A model generated the notes under the pieces. It was not told the DNA's origin, made no database searches, and saw nothing but the letters and a program-made list of their open reading frames with translations. Shown here piece after piece: positions 10,121 to 22,405 of a stretch of 64,000 nt of DNA. This DNA is from Verrucomicrobiota bacterium (GTDB lineage: Bacteria > Verrucomicrobiota > Lentisphaeria > JABSQK01 > JAJFLO01). Both the position numbers and the translations under genes were made by a program. The stretch covers positions 24,782-88,781 of the forward strand of contig JAJFLP010000108.1 of NCBI GenBank assembly GCA_021772635.1, written 5' to 3'. Position 1 is the first letter of the stretch, and every line of letters begins with the position of its first letter.

Positions 10121-13100
10121 CTAACCGGCGATGGGCTCGAGATTACTTTCGGTTTGGTTTTCAGCCTCAGCCGCTTCTCTTGCTAAAGTCGCGAGAGCGC
10201 GCTTATAGTCCGTTGGCATAATCTTCACGAACTTGGCCAGTCGCACATCCCAATTGTCCAGTATATCTTTGGCCGTCGCGCTGCCTGTATACTGGAAATA
10301 GTTGGTGATGAGTCCACGTAGTTCTTCGATATCAGCCGGCTCGGTCATTTCTTCGAAATCGATCATCTCGGTATTGCATTTGTAGTTGCGAAAGTCACCC
10401 GACTCGTCGAGTACATACGCGATGCCGCCACTCATGCCTGCTGCGAAATTTCTCCCGGTTTCTCCCAGAACCACAACACGCCCTCCAGTCATGTACTCGC
10501 AACCGTGGTCACCGACACTTTCAACCACCGCTTTCACACCGCTATTTCGCACACAGAATCGTTCCCCCGCCATGCCGTGTATATACGCTTCTCCACTCGT
10601 CGCGCCATAAAACGCAACGTTGCCGAGGATAACGTTCTCTTCTGCGACGCAGGTCGACTCCTTATGTGGTTGAAGGATCAATTTGGCGCCTGACAAGCCC
10701 TTGCCGAAATAGTCGTTAGCGTCGCCCCTGATTTTCATCGTGATACCACGGGCGCCAAACGCGCAGAAACTTTGGCCTGCAGACCCCGTACAATTAAAAA
10801 CGATCGTATCCGGGGGCAATCCTTTTTCGCCGTATCGCTTCGAGATTTCGCTGCTAAGCATCGTTCCGACGGTACGGTTTATATTGAGGATTTTAATATC
10901 ATTCTCGACTTTATCTCCATTTTCCAAAGCGGGCTTTGCCAGTTTAATCAGCCGATGATCCAGTGCACGATCCAAGCCATGATCTTGTTTTTTTGTGCAA
11001 TACACACCCACAGAATCCGGAACGTCAGGTTTATATAAAATCTTCGAGAGATCCAGTCCGTGCGCTTTCCATTGGTTGACAGCGTCGCCGACTTCGAGTT
11101 TATCGACCTGGCCAATCATTTCATTAATTGTTCGGAATCCTAGACTGGCCATGATTTCACGTAATTCTTCGGCAACGAAATATAGAAAATTAACGACATG
11201 ATCCGGTTTGCCGGCGAACTTCTTTCGTAGCACAGGATCTTGAGTAGCTATACCAACCGGACACGTGTTCAGGTGACATACACGCATCATTATGCAACCA
11301 AGGGTGACCAAGGCGCTTGTTGCGAATCCGAATTCCTCGGCACCAAGGAGACATGCGATAGCGACGTCGCGTCCGGTTTTTAACTGACCGTCACATTCAA
11401 CCACGATTCGACTACGTAAATCGTTGAGTACCAGTGTCTGGTGGGTCTCGGACAAGCCCAGTTCCCAGGGAAGTCCCGCGTGTTTTATCGACGTCTGCGG
11501 AGATGCACCGGTTCCCCCGGAGAAGCCACTTATAAGTACGACGTCGGCCTTCCCTTTTGCGACGCCCGCCGCCACCGTTCCGACTCCAACTTCCGAAACA
11601 AGCTTTACGTTAATTCTCGCATCGGGGTTGGCGTTCTTGAGATCGTGAATAAGTTGTGCGAGGTCCTCTATCGAATAGATATCGTGATGCGGCGGCGGCG
11701 ATATTAGCTGGACATACGGCGTCGCGTGGCGGGTCTTCGCGATCCACGGGTACACTTTAAATCCTGGCAATTGGCCGCCCTCTCCAGGCTTAGCGCCCTG
11801 CGCCATTTTAATCTGTATTTCCGATGCGTTCACTAAATAATTACTTGTTACGCCGAATCGCCCGGAAGCTACTTGCTTTATTGCGCTATTGCGCCAATCT
11901 CCATTTGCGTCCGGGATAAACCGATCCTCGTCCTCGCCACCTTCTCCGCTATTACTTTTTCCGCCGATACGATTCATTGCGATCGCTAGTGATTCGTGGG
12001 ACTCTTTGCTAATCGACCCGTAAGACATTCCTCCCGTCTTAAAACGTTTTGCGATTTCAGTCCATGGCTCGACTTCATCGAGCGGAATCGGTGTCGCTAA
12101 TTTCTTAAACTCCAGAAGGCCGCGAAGTGTCCCTTCCACGCGATTCTGTTCATAAAGAGCCCTTGAGTATTCGCGGTAGGTTTCTACGCTTTTGGTTTTC
12201 GCAGCATGCTGGAGTTTTGCGATAGACAATGGATTGTACTGGTGGACTTCACCATTGCGGCGCCAACGATATTTACCGCCGACATCCAGTTCTATGTTGC
12301 CGGCGATTTTTTGCGGGCAGTACCCCCTATGATGTCTCATTTTTACTTCTTCAGCCAGGATCCCAAGTCCAGCCCCGCTGATTCGGGACGGTGTCCCGAT
12401 AAAATAATTGTCAATAACCTCTTCATTCAGACCGACGCATTCAAAAATTTGGGAGCCGCGGTAACTTTGAAGCGTAGAGATTCCCATTTTAGACATTACT
12501 TTCAGAATGCCCTTGCCTATCGCTTTGATATATCTTCTGTGCGCGGTTTTGGTGTCCGCGATGTTAACACGTTTTTCGATTACCATGTTTTCCAAGGTCT
12601 CGAACGCCAAGTACGGATTGACCGCCCCCGCGCCATAACCGAATAGCAGGCCAAAATGATGAACCTCGCGGGGTTCTCCGCTTTCGACCACGATCCCACA
12701 GCGCGTTCGATTGCCGTTTTTGATAAGATAATGATGAACCGCCGTGGTCGCGAGCAGCGCGGGGATTGGTGCGTTGATGCTGTCGACGTTACGATCGGAA
12801 AGGATTAAAATCGTCACACCATCATCGACCGCACGTGCCGCTTCCTCACACATACGATTTATCGCGGATTTCAGGCCGTCGCCGCCTTTCTCAACCTCGT
12901 ATAGCATCGCGATAGTTGCGGATTTCAGGCTGCCAATTTGAATCTGCTTCAACTGCTCTAGCTCGTTGTTGGTTAGAATCGGCTGGCGCAACTTGAATTG
13001 GTGACAATGTTCTTCCGTCTCCTGAAAAAGGTCTTGTTCAGGGCCGATGTTCGTCGTCAACGAGGTAACCAGTTCTTCGCGCATAGCGTCCAGAGGCGGA

Positions 13101-14716
13101 TTTGTTACCTGCGCAAACAGCTGTTTGAAGTAGTCGTAAATCAGGCGAGGTCGCTTAGATAGAATCGCCGACGGCGTGTCGTCACCCATAGACCCTGTCG
13201 GTTCTTTTCCGGCAACAGCCATCGGGCCGATAATTATTTCCAAGTCTTCTATACTGTAACCAAAGGCTTGCTGTCTGGTTAATAATGTCGACGTATCTGA
13301 TTTGGTACTGGAATCCGTGGCCGGAAGGTCGTCGAATGATTTTAGATTGTTTTTAAGCCAGGTGCGATAGGGCTGTCGGCCTGCCATTCCATCCTTTATC
13401 TCTTCATCGTCGATAATCCGTCCGGCGTCGGTATCGACCAGAAACATGCGGCCGGGTTCAAGGCGGCCCTTATACGACACATTTTCCGGCGGTATATCTA
13501 GGACACCAGTTTCAGATGCCATTACGACGAGGCCGTCTTTGGTAACCGTATACCTTGAGGGACGCAGCCCGTTTCGATCCAGTACCGCTCCAATACAGCG
13601 CCCATCAGTGAAGGGGATAGATGCCGGCCCGTCCCAAGGTTCCATCAGGCAGGAGTGATACTCGTAGAATGCCTTCTTCGCGTCAGACATAGTTTCGTGA
13701 TTCTGCCATGCTTCAGGAATACACATCATAATCGAATGCGGTAAAGACCGACCGGTATGGTAAAGCAACTCGATCGCGTTATCCAGAATTGCCGAATCAC
13801 TTCCACCTGGTGTCGCGATCGGAAATAACTTCGCGATATCGTCTCCGAATAACGGTGACTCGAATAAATACTGGCGTGCGTTCATCCAGTTGATATTCCC
13901 ACGAAGCGTATTTATTTCACCGTTATGACAAAGAAAACGGAAGGGCTGGGCTAGGTCCCACGTTGGGAATGTGTTCGTGCTGTAACGTTGATGGACGAGT
14001 GCCAAACCGCTCACTAAATCCGGATCAGCAAGGTCGATAAAATATGACTCAAACTGTGTTGCTAAGAGCATCCCTTTGTATACCAAGGTGTTGCAGGATA
14101 GACTCGAAATATAAAACGACGATTTTTCAGTCAGATCCGATTCACGAACCTCACGCTCCAGAACCTTTCTGATCATGTAGAGTTTACACTCAAATTCTGC
14201 CGCGTCCTTTAAGTTCGGACCACGGCCAACGAAAATCTGCGCAACGCACGGTTCTACGTCCCTGGCAATTTCGCCTATATCTCGATTGTCGGTTGGCACT
14301 TCGCGCCATCCCAATACAGTTTGGCCCTCGGCTTTAACAACGTCTTCAAACAACGATATACACCGTTGACGTTGTCCCTTATCCTGCGGAAGAAAGACAA
14401 TACCCGTGCCGTAGTCGTGTTCATCGCCGATATCAATACCATTTGCGTCACACATTTTCCGAAGAAATTTATGTGGTATCTGCATCAATAAACCCGCGCC
14501 GTCACCCGTCTTTTCGTCACATCCACAAGCACCGCGATGAGTGAGATTCACGAGTATCTCAAGCGCGTTTTTTACGAGCTTATGAGACTTTCGACCTTGG
14601 AGGTCGCATATGAAACCAGCGCCACATGCGTCGTGCTCAAACTGCGCGTCGTATAGGCCGGACCGAGTTGGCCTGCCATCGGGATATCGAGTGGAAAATT
14701 CATCGAAATTCTTCAT
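10121..14716 (-). CDS. gltB: Glutamate synthase large subunit
   Basis: 1531 aa. The N-terminal amidotransferase has the catalytic Cys in [11 protein letters not shown], followed by FMN and Fe-S central domains and a GXGXG C-terminal domain. Collinear with GltB. Confidence 0.95.
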   Translation of the reverse strand: MKNFDEFSTRYPDGRPTRSGLYDAQFEHDACGAGFICDLQGRKSHKLVKNALEILVNLTHRGACGCDEKTGDGAGLLMQIPHKFLRKMCDANGIDIGDEHDYGTGIVFLPQDKGQRQRCISLFEDVVKAEGQTVLGWREVPTDNRDIGEIARDVEPCVAQIFVGRGPNLKDAAEFECKLYMIRKVLEREVRESDLTEKSSFYISSLSCNTLVYKGMLLATQFESYFIDLADPDLVSGLALVHQRYSTNTFPTWDLAQPFRFLCHNGEINTLRGNINWMNARQYLFESPLFGDDIAKLFPIATPGGSDSAILDNAIELLYHTGRSLPHSIMMCIPEAWQNHETMSDAKKAFYEYHSCLMEPWDGPASIPFTDGRCIGAVLDRNGLRPSRYTVTKDGLVVMASETGVLDIPPENVSYKGRLEPGRMFLVDTDAGRIIDDEEIKDGMAGRQPYRTWLKNNLKSFDDLPATDSSTKSDTSTLLTRQQAFGYSIEDLEIIIGPMAVAGKEPTGSMGDDTPSAILSKRPRLIYDYFKQLFAQVTNPPLDAMREELVTSLTTNIGPEQDLFQETEEHCHQFKLRQPILTNNELEQLKQIQIGSLKSATIAMLYEVEKGGDGLKSAINRMCEEAARAVDDGVTILILSDRNVDSINAPIPALLATTAVHHYLIKNGNRTRCGIVVESGEPREVHHFGLLFGYGAGAVNPYLAFETLENMVIEKRVNIADTKTAHRRYIKAIGKGILKVMSKMGISTLQSYRGSQIFECVGLNEEVIDNYFIGTPSRISGAGLGILAEEVKMRHHRGYCPQKIAGNIELDVGGKYRWRRNGEVHQYNPLSIAKLQHAAKTKSVETYREYSRALYEQNRVEGTLRGLLEFKKLATPIPLDEVEPWTEIAKRFKTGGMSYGSISKESHESLAIAMNRIGGKSNSGEGGEDEDRFIPDANGDWRNSAIKQVASGRFGVTSNYLVNASEIQIKMAQGAKPGEGGQLPGFKVYPWIAKTRHATPYVQLISPPPHHDIYSIEDLAQLIHDLKNANPDARINVKLVSEVGVGTVAAGVAKGKADVVLISGFSGGTGASPQTSIKHAGLPWELGLSETHQTLVLNDLRSRIVVECDGQLKTGRDVAIACLLGAEEFGFATSALVTLGCIMMRVCHLNTCPVGIATQDPVLRKKFAGKPDHVVNFLYFVAEELREIMASLGFRTINEMIGQVDKLEVGDAVNQWKAHGLDLSKILYKPDVPDSVGVYCTKKQDHGLDRALDHRLIKLAKPALENGDKVENDIKILNINRTVGTMLSSEISKRYGEKGLPPDTIVFNCTGSAGQSFCAFGARGITMKIRGDANDYFGKGLSGAKLILQPHKESTCVAEENVILGNVAFYGATSGEAYIHGMAGERFCVRNSGVKAVVESVGDHGCEYMTGGRVVVLGETGRNFAAGMSGGIAYVLDESGDFRNYKCNTEMIDFEEMTEPADIEELRGLITNYFQYTGSATAKDILDNWDVRLAKFVKIMPTDYKRALATLAREAAEAENQTESNLEPIAG

Positions 14717-15391
14717 AAGCAGAAATTATCTCTTGATTAAATATGTCAGTTAGCTGTAGTGCCGTCGGAATCCGAGCGAATGTACCCAGGACTTTATCAA
14801 GTCAATGACACTCGAAAAATAATCGACCGCTTGCAGTCTAGATCGTACAACGTATAGCAGTAACGATTGTACTGCCGAATGATGACAACAGCAAATTTGG
14901 AACGAACCGTTAAAAGCACCAAGATCACAAATTCCAGGGTGATCTATAGTTTGCATTTCAGTGGAAAGCCGAATACGAATACCGTATTTTTTTGAATTTT
15001 CAAATGAAATTACCGCTATCGATATGCTTTTGTCTATTACTCCCAACTCACGGAACATTATATGTTTCAGCGCGACGCCCAGTCCGTAATGACAGACTAT
15101 GGAGTCCATTGATTCAATTCACGGAATCCTAAGACGAAAGCACGGCGTTGCGAGGCCGAAGAACCGCAGTTTAAGAATTGAAACTGGACTGCCAGGAGGA
15201 GGTTGGTCGCCAGGAACTAAAGAAAAGAGACCGGGGCACTACCGTTGAAGGGGAAGATGGCTGGAACAAGATTAAGAGAACTTTGTTATTCGTAATCTTA
15301 ATCGTGTTCATACCCGCAATCGATTAAAACTATGATTAAGAATACGTAGCAAGGGCAACTGTTTTCGGAGGCGATGTTTTCTGAGGTTAGG

Positions 15392-15835
15392 TCAGTGTAA
15401 CAGTATCTTTTTTATCGTATTCTTCTGATTGTCCGATAGGGAGGTGTAAACCTTCCGGTACTTCGACATATTCGCACCGGTGTTAAGCTGATTAATTTCT
15501 CTCTCTACGTCCCTTGAGTCATACCCTAACGTTCGCGAACCCCGTGCTACAGAACCTACCAAATCAATCAGAGTACTGTTCTCTTCGTGGAAGTAATCCA
15601 CGTTGTCGACGTCACCATATACCTTTGAATACCACGTCCCGGCCATGATCAAGAATGCTGCCGTGACCGTGAAAAGAGACTTTCGGACGGTCGATTTGTC
15701 CGTACGGAATTTTACCGCTAACTTTCCTGTAATAGTGCGCGGCCGCTGTCGCTGTCGACGTCGCTGTCGCGTCGGTTTTCCCTCCGACTTTGACGACTTC
15801 GTGAAGAATTTCGCTTCATTTTCTTCTCTGGTCAT
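15392..15835 (-). CDS. Hypothetical small protein with an arginine-rich N-terminus (RQRRRQRQRPR) and one transmembrane segment
   Basis: A 147-aa ORF in a lower-GC 1.3-kb gap upstream of gltB. No homology recognised. It could be spurious. Confidence 0.3.
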   Translation of the reverse strand: MTREENEAKFFTKSSKSEGKPTRQRRRQRQRPRTITGKLAVKFRTDKSTVRKSLFTVTAAFLIMAGTWYSKVYGDVDNVDYFHEENSTLIDLVGSVARGSRTLGYDSRDVEREINQLNTGANMSKYRKVYTSLSDNQKNTIKKILLH

Positions 15836-16040
15836 ACGTCGGCTCCTCTAATCGTTATTGAACAAAGACTAAAATACGTTATTTCTATGGCAAAAGCAAG
15901 ATCGGCAAGGTTCCAAGAATGGAGGTTATCAGTTTTTTGAGATACCTCTTGTATGAGTTATGAGAATTCGACGAGACAGCGCTTGCGTATGATTATCTCT
16001 TTAAGTGTAACTCGGCAACCTGGCAGCGGGGAGATATTCG

Positions 16041-18851
16041 ATGGGTAGAAAATTACATTTTTTCGGTTGGGACAGACCGGTTCAAGAGTCAGCGGTCGAG
16101 TTTCTCGTTTCCGACAAAGATAGTGGGCTGATCGATTTGAGTGCGGATCTGGTTATCGTACCCACTCAGCATTCCGGGCGCCGACTGTCAGATCGATTGG
16201 CGCTATTGGCAGCAGTAAAACAAACAGCAGTTTTGCCTGGTTTGATCGTGAGTCCCCGTTACCTTCTTACGCAAGCGTGTAAGACGTCGAGGATCTCCGG
16301 GAAGACTCAGTCCCTGAGTCTCTGGATAGATGTTCTCCTATCCACCGATCTGTCGCGGTTTCCAATTCTTTTCTCATCTCCGCCCGCAAACAAAGATTTT
16401 AGTTGGGCGATGTCAATTGGTCGGCATTTACTATCAATCCAATCCGAGCTCGGGGACAACGGTTACACGATACAAGACCTGTGCACCCTTGATCACGACA
16501 TGTTCGAAGAAGAAAAACGGTGGAACGAACTTGCGGCACTCGCAGAATTATTTTTTAACAGGGTGCATGAGGCAGGGTTAGCGGAGGCTAACCAGACCCA
16601 ACGAGAAGCGATCTCCCGGCTTACGCTACCACCAGAGATAAAACGAATAGTGATGATCGCAGTACCGGATCCGACACCGCTCGCCGTGACTGCGCTCGAA
16701 CATCTTTCCACTGTACTACCCGTTGATATATGTGTTCATGCGCCTTCTTCGATGGCGGATTATTTCGATGATTGGGGGCGTCCGCGATCCGATAAGTGGC
16801 ATAATTTCGAGACCGATATCGCATCAGAGAACATCACGCTTGCAGGTAAGACGGTAGATCAGGCCGATGCCGTGGCGACAATGGTATTGGGAAAGGACGC
16901 AGTCTTAAGGCTTCAAGACACCGCAATCGGCGCTGCTGATGAACTCGTAATTCCGCAGTTGAAGACGCTATTCGCAAGAAACGAAGTGGCTACCTTCAGT
17001 CCACAAGGTGAACCGTTAAGCAATCATCCACTGTTTCTACTTATAACTTCGTTATCTGACATACTCTCGCGACCACAATTCGAGGCTTACGCGAGGCTGC
17101 TCAGGAATCCGTACATACTCGATTATTTAACGAAATCGATCGATAATTTTTCCGTGACGAAACTTATGCATGACCTGGATAGAATCCAAGGTCAGTTTAT
17201 GCCTTATCGATTTTCGGATGTGACGCGGGTACTCAAGAAGGGGCTTTACCCCGGCTCTGACTTACAAAATGCATTGACAAAGGTAGAGAAATGGATCTCC
17301 CAGTTTAGCGGTGCCGATACCTGCCAGACCGTCCGAAGTGTACTTGCAGAGATTTTCAGCGTTAGGGAGTTAAGTATCACGAACGAAAGTGATCGCCTTT
17401 TTCGTGACGTATCTGAATTCATAATTTCAACTTTGGACGAACTGGATTCCCCCGTAATAAAGTCACTCAACGTACCTGCATACGGAATTATGGACCTCCT
17501 CCTCCTGGCGATGCAAACTCAAAGTTACTATCCGGACCGGCACGGGGCGGAGCTCGACTTGCTTGGTTGGCTGGAATTGCCTTGGGAAGACGCTCCGAAC
17601 CTAATAATTACCGGGATGAACGACGGCTGCGTTCCCGCCTCGATTGTAGGAGATTTATTTCTACCCGAGAAACTCCGGCGATTTCTGGGGCTTAAGACCA
17701 ATGACCAGCGATTCGCGAGGGATGCTTACTTGCTGACTGCGATTTGTGAATCCAGAAGGCATACGGGCGACGTCAAGATAATTGTCGGGAAGACCAACGA
17801 CGCTGGAGATATTCTTAAGCCGTCGAGACTTCTATTCCTTTGTGATGACTCATCCTTGTCTGAGCGTGCATCCAGGCTATTTCGTCCGATGGAGTCTATG
17901 GGTGAGATTGCGCCACGAGAAATAGATTGGAAACTCGTTGCAGACTCGAGTATCAACGTTCCCGAGACGATTTCCGTTACTGCGCTTCGAGATTATTTAA
18001 TTTGCCCATACAGGTTTTACTTGAAACGAATTTTGCATATGAAAGAGGTTGGCAACCGCAAGCGGGAGCTGGACCCATCCGAATTCGGCAGTCTCTGTCA
18101 CTATGCCTTGGAAAGATTCGGACGCGACGAAGAGATTCGAGACAGTACCGACGAACAACTGATAGCAGACTTTCTTGCCGATCAATTGAATAAACGCGTT
18201 CGTGAAACATTCGGATCGGCACCGCCGGTCTTAGTCTCAATCCAAACCGAGTCAATCAGACAGCGTCTCGAGCATGCCGCCAGGATTCAAGCCGGTCTGC
18301 GATCTGCGGGATGGCGAATTGCCGAGGTTGAAAAGTCGATTTCGTGTCGGGAACCGTGGTCGACGAATATAATGATTACCGCGAAGTGCGATCGCATTGA
18401 CATCAACGATAATTCCGGGAATATCCGAATATACGACTATAAGACATCGGATCAAAAGCGATGCCCTGTTAAGGCCCATATGGCGACACTTTCGAATTCT
18501 GCAGAGGTGCCCGATTTTATTCGTTTCGAGTCTCGCGGTAGATCCTACCGATGGATGGACTTGCAGCTGCCGCTTTATTTTTTAATGCTATATGGCGAGT
18601 ATCGTGACAATGTTGAATGCGGTTACTTTAATCTCCCTAAAGCAGTCGGCGATACCGGTATCGCGATTTGGGATGACTTCGATCCGGCTCTCATTGAATT
18701 AGCCGCGACATGTGCCGAAGGGATTACGAGCGCAGTTAAGGACAAGCGATTCTGGCCACCGGCGGCGCACGTGGAGTATGACGAGTACAGCCGCATTTTG
18801 TTGGGCGACGCATTGGCTTTTGCCTCTTCACCGGTGCCGACAGTTAAATAA
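16041..18851 (+). CDS. addB: Helicase-nuclease complex subunit AddB (alphaproteobacterial-type, inactive-helicase/nuclease subunit)
   Basis: 936 aa. The N-terminus has a degenerate P-loop region (LVIVPTQHSGRRLSDRL). The C-terminus carries a PD-(D/E)XK nuclease motif ...IDINDNSGNIRIYDYKTSD. It sits directly upstream of an AddA-like UvrD helicase. Confidence 0.7.
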   Translation: MGRKLHFFGWDRPVQESAVEFLVSDKDSGLIDLSADLVIVPTQHSGRRLSDRLALLAAVKQTAVLPGLIVSPRYLLTQACKTSRISGKTQSLSLWIDVLLSTDLSRFPILFSSPPANKDFSWAMSIGRHLLSIQSELGDNGYTIQDLCTLDHDMFEEEKRWNELAALAELFFNRVHEAGLAEANQTQREAISRLTLPPEIKRIVMIAVPDPTPLAVTALEHLSTVLPVDICVHAPSSMADYFDDWGRPRSDKWHNFETDIASENITLAGKTVDQADAVATMVLGKDAVLRLQDTAIGAADELVIPQLKTLFARNEVATFSPQGEPLSNHPLFLLITSLSDILSRPQFEAYARLLRNPYILDYLTKSIDNFSVTKLMHDLDRIQGQFMPYRFSDVTRVLKKGLYPGSDLQNALTKVEKWISQFSGADTCQTVRSVLAEIFSVRELSITNESDRLFRDVSEFIISTLDELDSPVIKSLNVPAYGIMDLLLLAMQTQSYYPDRHGAELDLLGWLELPWEDAPNLIITGMNDGCVPASIVGDLFLPEKLRRFLGLKTNDQRFARDAYLLTAICESRRHTGDVKIIVGKTNDAGDILKPSRLLFLCDDSSLSERASRLFRPMESMGEIAPREIDWKLVADSSINVPETISVTALRDYLICPYRFYLKRILHMKEVGNRKRELDPSEFGSLCHYALERFGRDEEIRDSTDEQLIADFLADQLNKRVRETFGSAPPVLVSIQTESIRQRLEHAARIQAGLRSAGWRIAEVEKSISCREPWSTNIMITAKCDRIDINDNSGNIRIYDYKTSDQKRCPVKAHMATLSNSAEVPDFIRFESRGRSYRWMDLQLPLYFLMLYGEYRDNVECGYFNLPKAVGDTGIAIWDDFDPALIELAATCAEGITSAVKDKRFWPPAAHVEYDEYSRILLGDALAFASSPVPTVK

Positions 18852-18873
18852 ACATTGAAATCTGGAAGGATTC

Positions 18874-21800
18874 ATGGTTTCCGAAGTCTACAATCACGAA
18901 GTTATCTCTGCTTCTGCCGGATCGGGGAAAACGTTTCAGCTGACGAATCGTTATCTTAACCTGGTTCTCGCGAGGAACATCAACCCGGAAGCAATTATAG
19001 CACTCACGTTCTCGCGAAAGGCCGCCTCGGAAATTTTCGATACGATCATTGATCGGCTCGCACTGGGCACACGCTCTTCCGCTGCCGCCCGTCTGTTGGG
19101 ATGCCAGATCAGGGTCCCTGATCTAAACGAAGGTGATTGTATACGTTGTTTGAGGACACTATTGAGTTGCCTTCACAAGAATCGAATCGGTACTTACGAC
19201 AGTTTCTTTATTTGGATACTGAGAACATTCGCGTGGGAATTCGGCGTAACAGGTAACTTTAGAATAGTTGATCCGCTTATGGCGGCGGTCAAGGTTCAAG
19301 ACGTGTTAAACGGCCTGTTCCAGCGCGGCAGAAATTTGGACGATGCTCACCGTGAATTCGTTGAGATATTTAAACGGGCTACATTCGGGCGTCAGGAGAA
19401 AGCGTTATCCAACTTATTGAGTTCGTTCGTTGAAAACTACCATCATATTTATCTCGATTCGCCCAATCGCGAGAATTGGGGCAGCGTCAATACAATTTGG
19501 CCGGATGGTTGCGAATCGTTGGTGGTTGAGTTTGACATAGAAAATGAGATCGCCTCCCTGAAAGCTCAGATACTCGACGATTCCGTCAGTAAAAAGGAAC
19601 GAGAGGCTTGGGAGACGTTCCTGTTCGAGGTCGAAGCATTCTCTCCGTATACGCAGATCGCCCCCGGTTTGCGGTATCTTCTCGAAAAGCTGGTTCCGAA
19701 ACTTGACGATCTCAAGGCCGGCTCAGCGGAGTTGAAGATTAATCGTGAAACCCGCGTACTCTCGTCCAAAGCCTGCCAACACCTCTACAATCTCGTTACC
19801 CATATAGTCGGGATCTGCCTGCGAACACAGATTCAAAAGACCTGCGGGATTCGTGAAATTATTCAACGCTTCGAGACGCGATATAACATAGACGCTCGAT
19901 GCGCGGGAGAATTAACATTTTCCGATGTTCAGACCCTGCTTGATCCCGCGGATACGGGAGTCGGAAATTGCTTGCCATTATCCCAGAAACCAGGCGCAGC
20001 CGATCGGCTATACATCGACTACAGACTCGATAGCCGGTTCGAGCACTGGCTCCTTGATGAATTCCAGGACACAAGTACGCTGCAATGGCGTATCATCGAG
20101 AATCTCATCGACGAGGTCGTACAGGACACGTCGGGAGCCCGGACTTTCTTTTATGTCGGTGACCTGAAGCAAGCTATACATGGCTGGCGCGGCGGCGACT
20201 GGAAGCTTTTCGAAGATGTTGCTGATAAATATAACCACGACGGAGTCGAGCAGATTAAGCGAATTCCGCTCGCAGAATCGTATCGCTCATGCCAGCCCGT
20301 GATCGATACTGTAAATATGGTTTTCGAGCCTGAAAGTCTAGCGACTATCCGCGGCCCCGCATTAAGACGTTGGGAGCGCAACTGGCGTAGGCATACAACT
20401 ACGGTTCACGATAAGAGCGGGTATGCAACATTATTGCGTGTGCCGCGAGAATCCGGGGCGCGCTCGGCGGATCATTCCCGGGCCCGATGGCAGATCCTCG
20501 CGGAAACAATCAAGAAACTGCCATTCGAACGCAATGATCTTTCAGTTGCGGTTCTTGTGAAGACGAATAGAACGGGAAGCTCCTTGACCAGTTTCCTGCG
20601 AGTGAACGGCGTATCAGCGATATGGGAGGGGGATCTCAGAATCTCCGATAACCCGGTGGTAACGGCTTTTGTTTCTTTGATCAAAATTTCCCAGCACCCG
20701 GGGGATAGCATGGCGGAGAAGCATTTGAGGATGACTCCCTTCAGTTCAGTAATGACGCGCTGTTTTGCAGGCTACGATCAGCTGGTTGTCTCATTAAATA
20801 AAGACATTCATGCCGGTGGATTCAGCTATCTAATCGAGAAATGGATTACGCTTTTGGAAAAGGAGATAAACATAACGCGATTCGGGCGCAGAAGGATTGA
20901 TGAGTTGCTCGCGGCGGCTCGGAAGTTTGACGCATCAGGGAGCCGTAGCAGTTTGGATTTTATCGAGTACATCGAACGGTATACAACTACCGAATTGACG
21001 GATCCGACGTCCGTCCGAGTCATGACGATGCACAAATCAAAGGGGTTGGGGTTCGATGTTGTTTTACTTCCGGACCTACAGGACAAGAGCGTTCTCACGT
21101 CGTCCCGGCCGATTGACCTTGCCGTTCGTAAAAGTAAGGGCGCTGAGTCGCGAACCGAGTGGGTATTGGCAATGCCGCTTAAGACGATAAGCAACGCAGA
21201 TCCGGTACTGAAGGACTACATAGAACGACACAACGACGACTATTGTTACGAAGAACTGTGTTTGTTCTATGTCGCAATGACCCGTGCAAAAAGGGGATTA
21301 TACATGATCACAACTGCCAGTGCCCAACGATCGCAGGCGGTTTATCCTGCAACCCTACTTGAGCATGCCCTCGAGCATCGAAGTGACGCCATAGATGCAC
21401 AGAGTGATCAATCTGAGATGATCCGCGTATTCGAGACCGGGGATCCTGATTGGCACCACGATTTACCTGAGATCGAAAATGCTGAGCGTCCCGAACCTGC
21501 CCCAGCAAAGAAGATGTCACCGGAATCCCCGGGGCGACTGGCGAGAAATCTTAAGCGGATAACACCTTCCGGGGTCGAAGATATTACTATCAACGCCGGA
21601 AAGCTGTTCTCCCTGAATAGCACTTTTTCCGCGGAACTAGGGATTAGCGTTCACGAGCTATTTCAACATATCACTTGGCTGGACGATACCGATACCGTTG
21701 GGCTTGTATCTATGTGGGCGCAGGATTGTACTGTGTCTGACGCCGTCAAGTCTGCGGTTCGGGGGGAATTCGAAAACGCTATCCGCAGCCCCGCATTCCG

Positions 21801-22128
21801 GAAACTCCTCGCAAAACCCGAAAGGGACACGGATCTCTGGCGAGAGCAACGGTTTGAAATCGTACTAAATAACGAGTACGTATCAGGTTGCTTCGATCGC
21901 GTTTCGTTCGCTCGGGGGAGTGGGCCAACCGGTGTTGAACAAGCTGAAATCATCGACTATAAGACCGACAATATTAATCCGGATACTGATCTTGCAGCCG
22001 CGAAGAAGAAATATCGGCCGCAACTGGAGTTGTATCGAAAGGTAATTGCGAAAATAACGGACTTACCCGCAAAGAAGATTTCCTGCAAGCTGGCTTTTAC
22101 GAAAACAGGCACGGTCGTAGAAATTTAG
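18874..22128 (+). CDS. addA: ATP-dependent helicase/nuclease subunit AddA (UvrD/Rep superfamily 1 helicase plus a C-terminal RecB-like nuclease)
   Basis: Walker A ISASAGSGKTFQLTNRY at the N-terminus, UvrD helicase motifs, and the C-terminal nuclease motif EIIDYKTD. 1084 aa. Confidence 0.8.
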   Translation: MVSEVYNHEVISASAGSGKTFQLTNRYLNLVLARNINPEAIIALTFSRKAASEIFDTIIDRLALGTRSSAAARLLGCQIRVPDLNEGDCIRCLRTLLSCLHKNRIGTYDSFFIWILRTFAWEFGVTGNFRIVDPLMAAVKVQDVLNGLFQRGRNLDDAHREFVEIFKRATFGRQEKALSNLLSSFVENYHHIYLDSPNRENWGSVNTIWPDGCESLVVEFDIENEIASLKAQILDDSVSKKEREAWETFLFEVEAFSPYTQIAPGLRYLLEKLVPKLDDLKAGSAELKINRETRVLSSKACQHLYNLVTHIVGICLRTQIQKTCGIREIIQRFETRYNIDARCAGELTFSDVQTLLDPADTGVGNCLPLSQKPGAADRLYIDYRLDSRFEHWLLDEFQDTSTLQWRIIENLIDEVVQDTSGARTFFYVGDLKQAIHGWRGGDWKLFEDVADKYNHDGVEQIKRIPLAESYRSCQPVIDTVNMVFEPESLATIRGPALRRWERNWRRHTTTVHDKSGYATLLRVPRESGARSADHSRARWQILAETIKKLPFERNDLSVAVLVKTNRTGSSLTSFLRVNGVSAIWEGDLRISDNPVVTAFVSLIKISQHPGDSMAEKHLRMTPFSSVMTRCFAGYDQLVVSLNKDIHAGGFSYLIEKWITLLEKEINITRFGRRRIDELLAAARKFDASGSRSSLDFIEYIERYTTTELTDPTSVRVMTMHKSKGLGFDVVLLPDLQDKSVLTSSRPIDLAVRKSKGAESRTEWVLAMPLKTISNADPVLKDYIERHNDDYCYEELCLFYVAMTRAKRGLYMITTASAQRSQAVYPATLLEHALEHRSDAIDAQSDQSEMIRVFETGDPDWHHDLPEIENAERPEPAPAKKMSPESPGRLARNLKRITPSGVEDITINAGKLFSLNSTFSAELGISVHELFQHITWLDDTDTVGLVSMWAQDCTVSDAVKSAVRGEFENAIRSPAFRKLLAKPERDTDLWREQRFEIVLNNEYVSGCFDRVSFARGSGPTGVEQAEIIDYKTDNINPDTDLAAAKKKYRPQLELYRKVIAKITDLPAKKISCKLAFTKTGTVVEI

Positions 22129-22405
22129 CAATTTTTCGGTTTTCGAATTTTGACTTGTCATTTTATTGTGACCCGCGGGTCGATCAGCTGCGACTTTATA
22201 CTGTCGGAATTTGCTCAAAAGTTTACGTATGGAAAAGCTGTCGATCGCGGCGTTAGCACTGTAGTGTTCAGATACGAAAGTCAAAGTTTTCGGGGAGGAA
22301 TATTAATCAGCAGCGTATTCGTACTCACTCTCATATTGCTGCTAGCTTTGGCAATGCGTAAATCACGTAGATATAGTTGTTATCACGTTTAATTAGGTTT
22401 CGAAT

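Noticed and set aside
14750-15109. A 119-aa minus-strand ORF downstream of gltB's start region.
   Set aside because: Low-complexity, Cys and His-rich sequence, no RBS-like context, in a low-GC region where random ORFs are expected.
14717-15400. Glutamine riboswitch upstream of gltB.
   Set aside because: I could not find the CGUUC...GGAAGUAGG...GAACG core on either strand. Left as an open check rather than a call.
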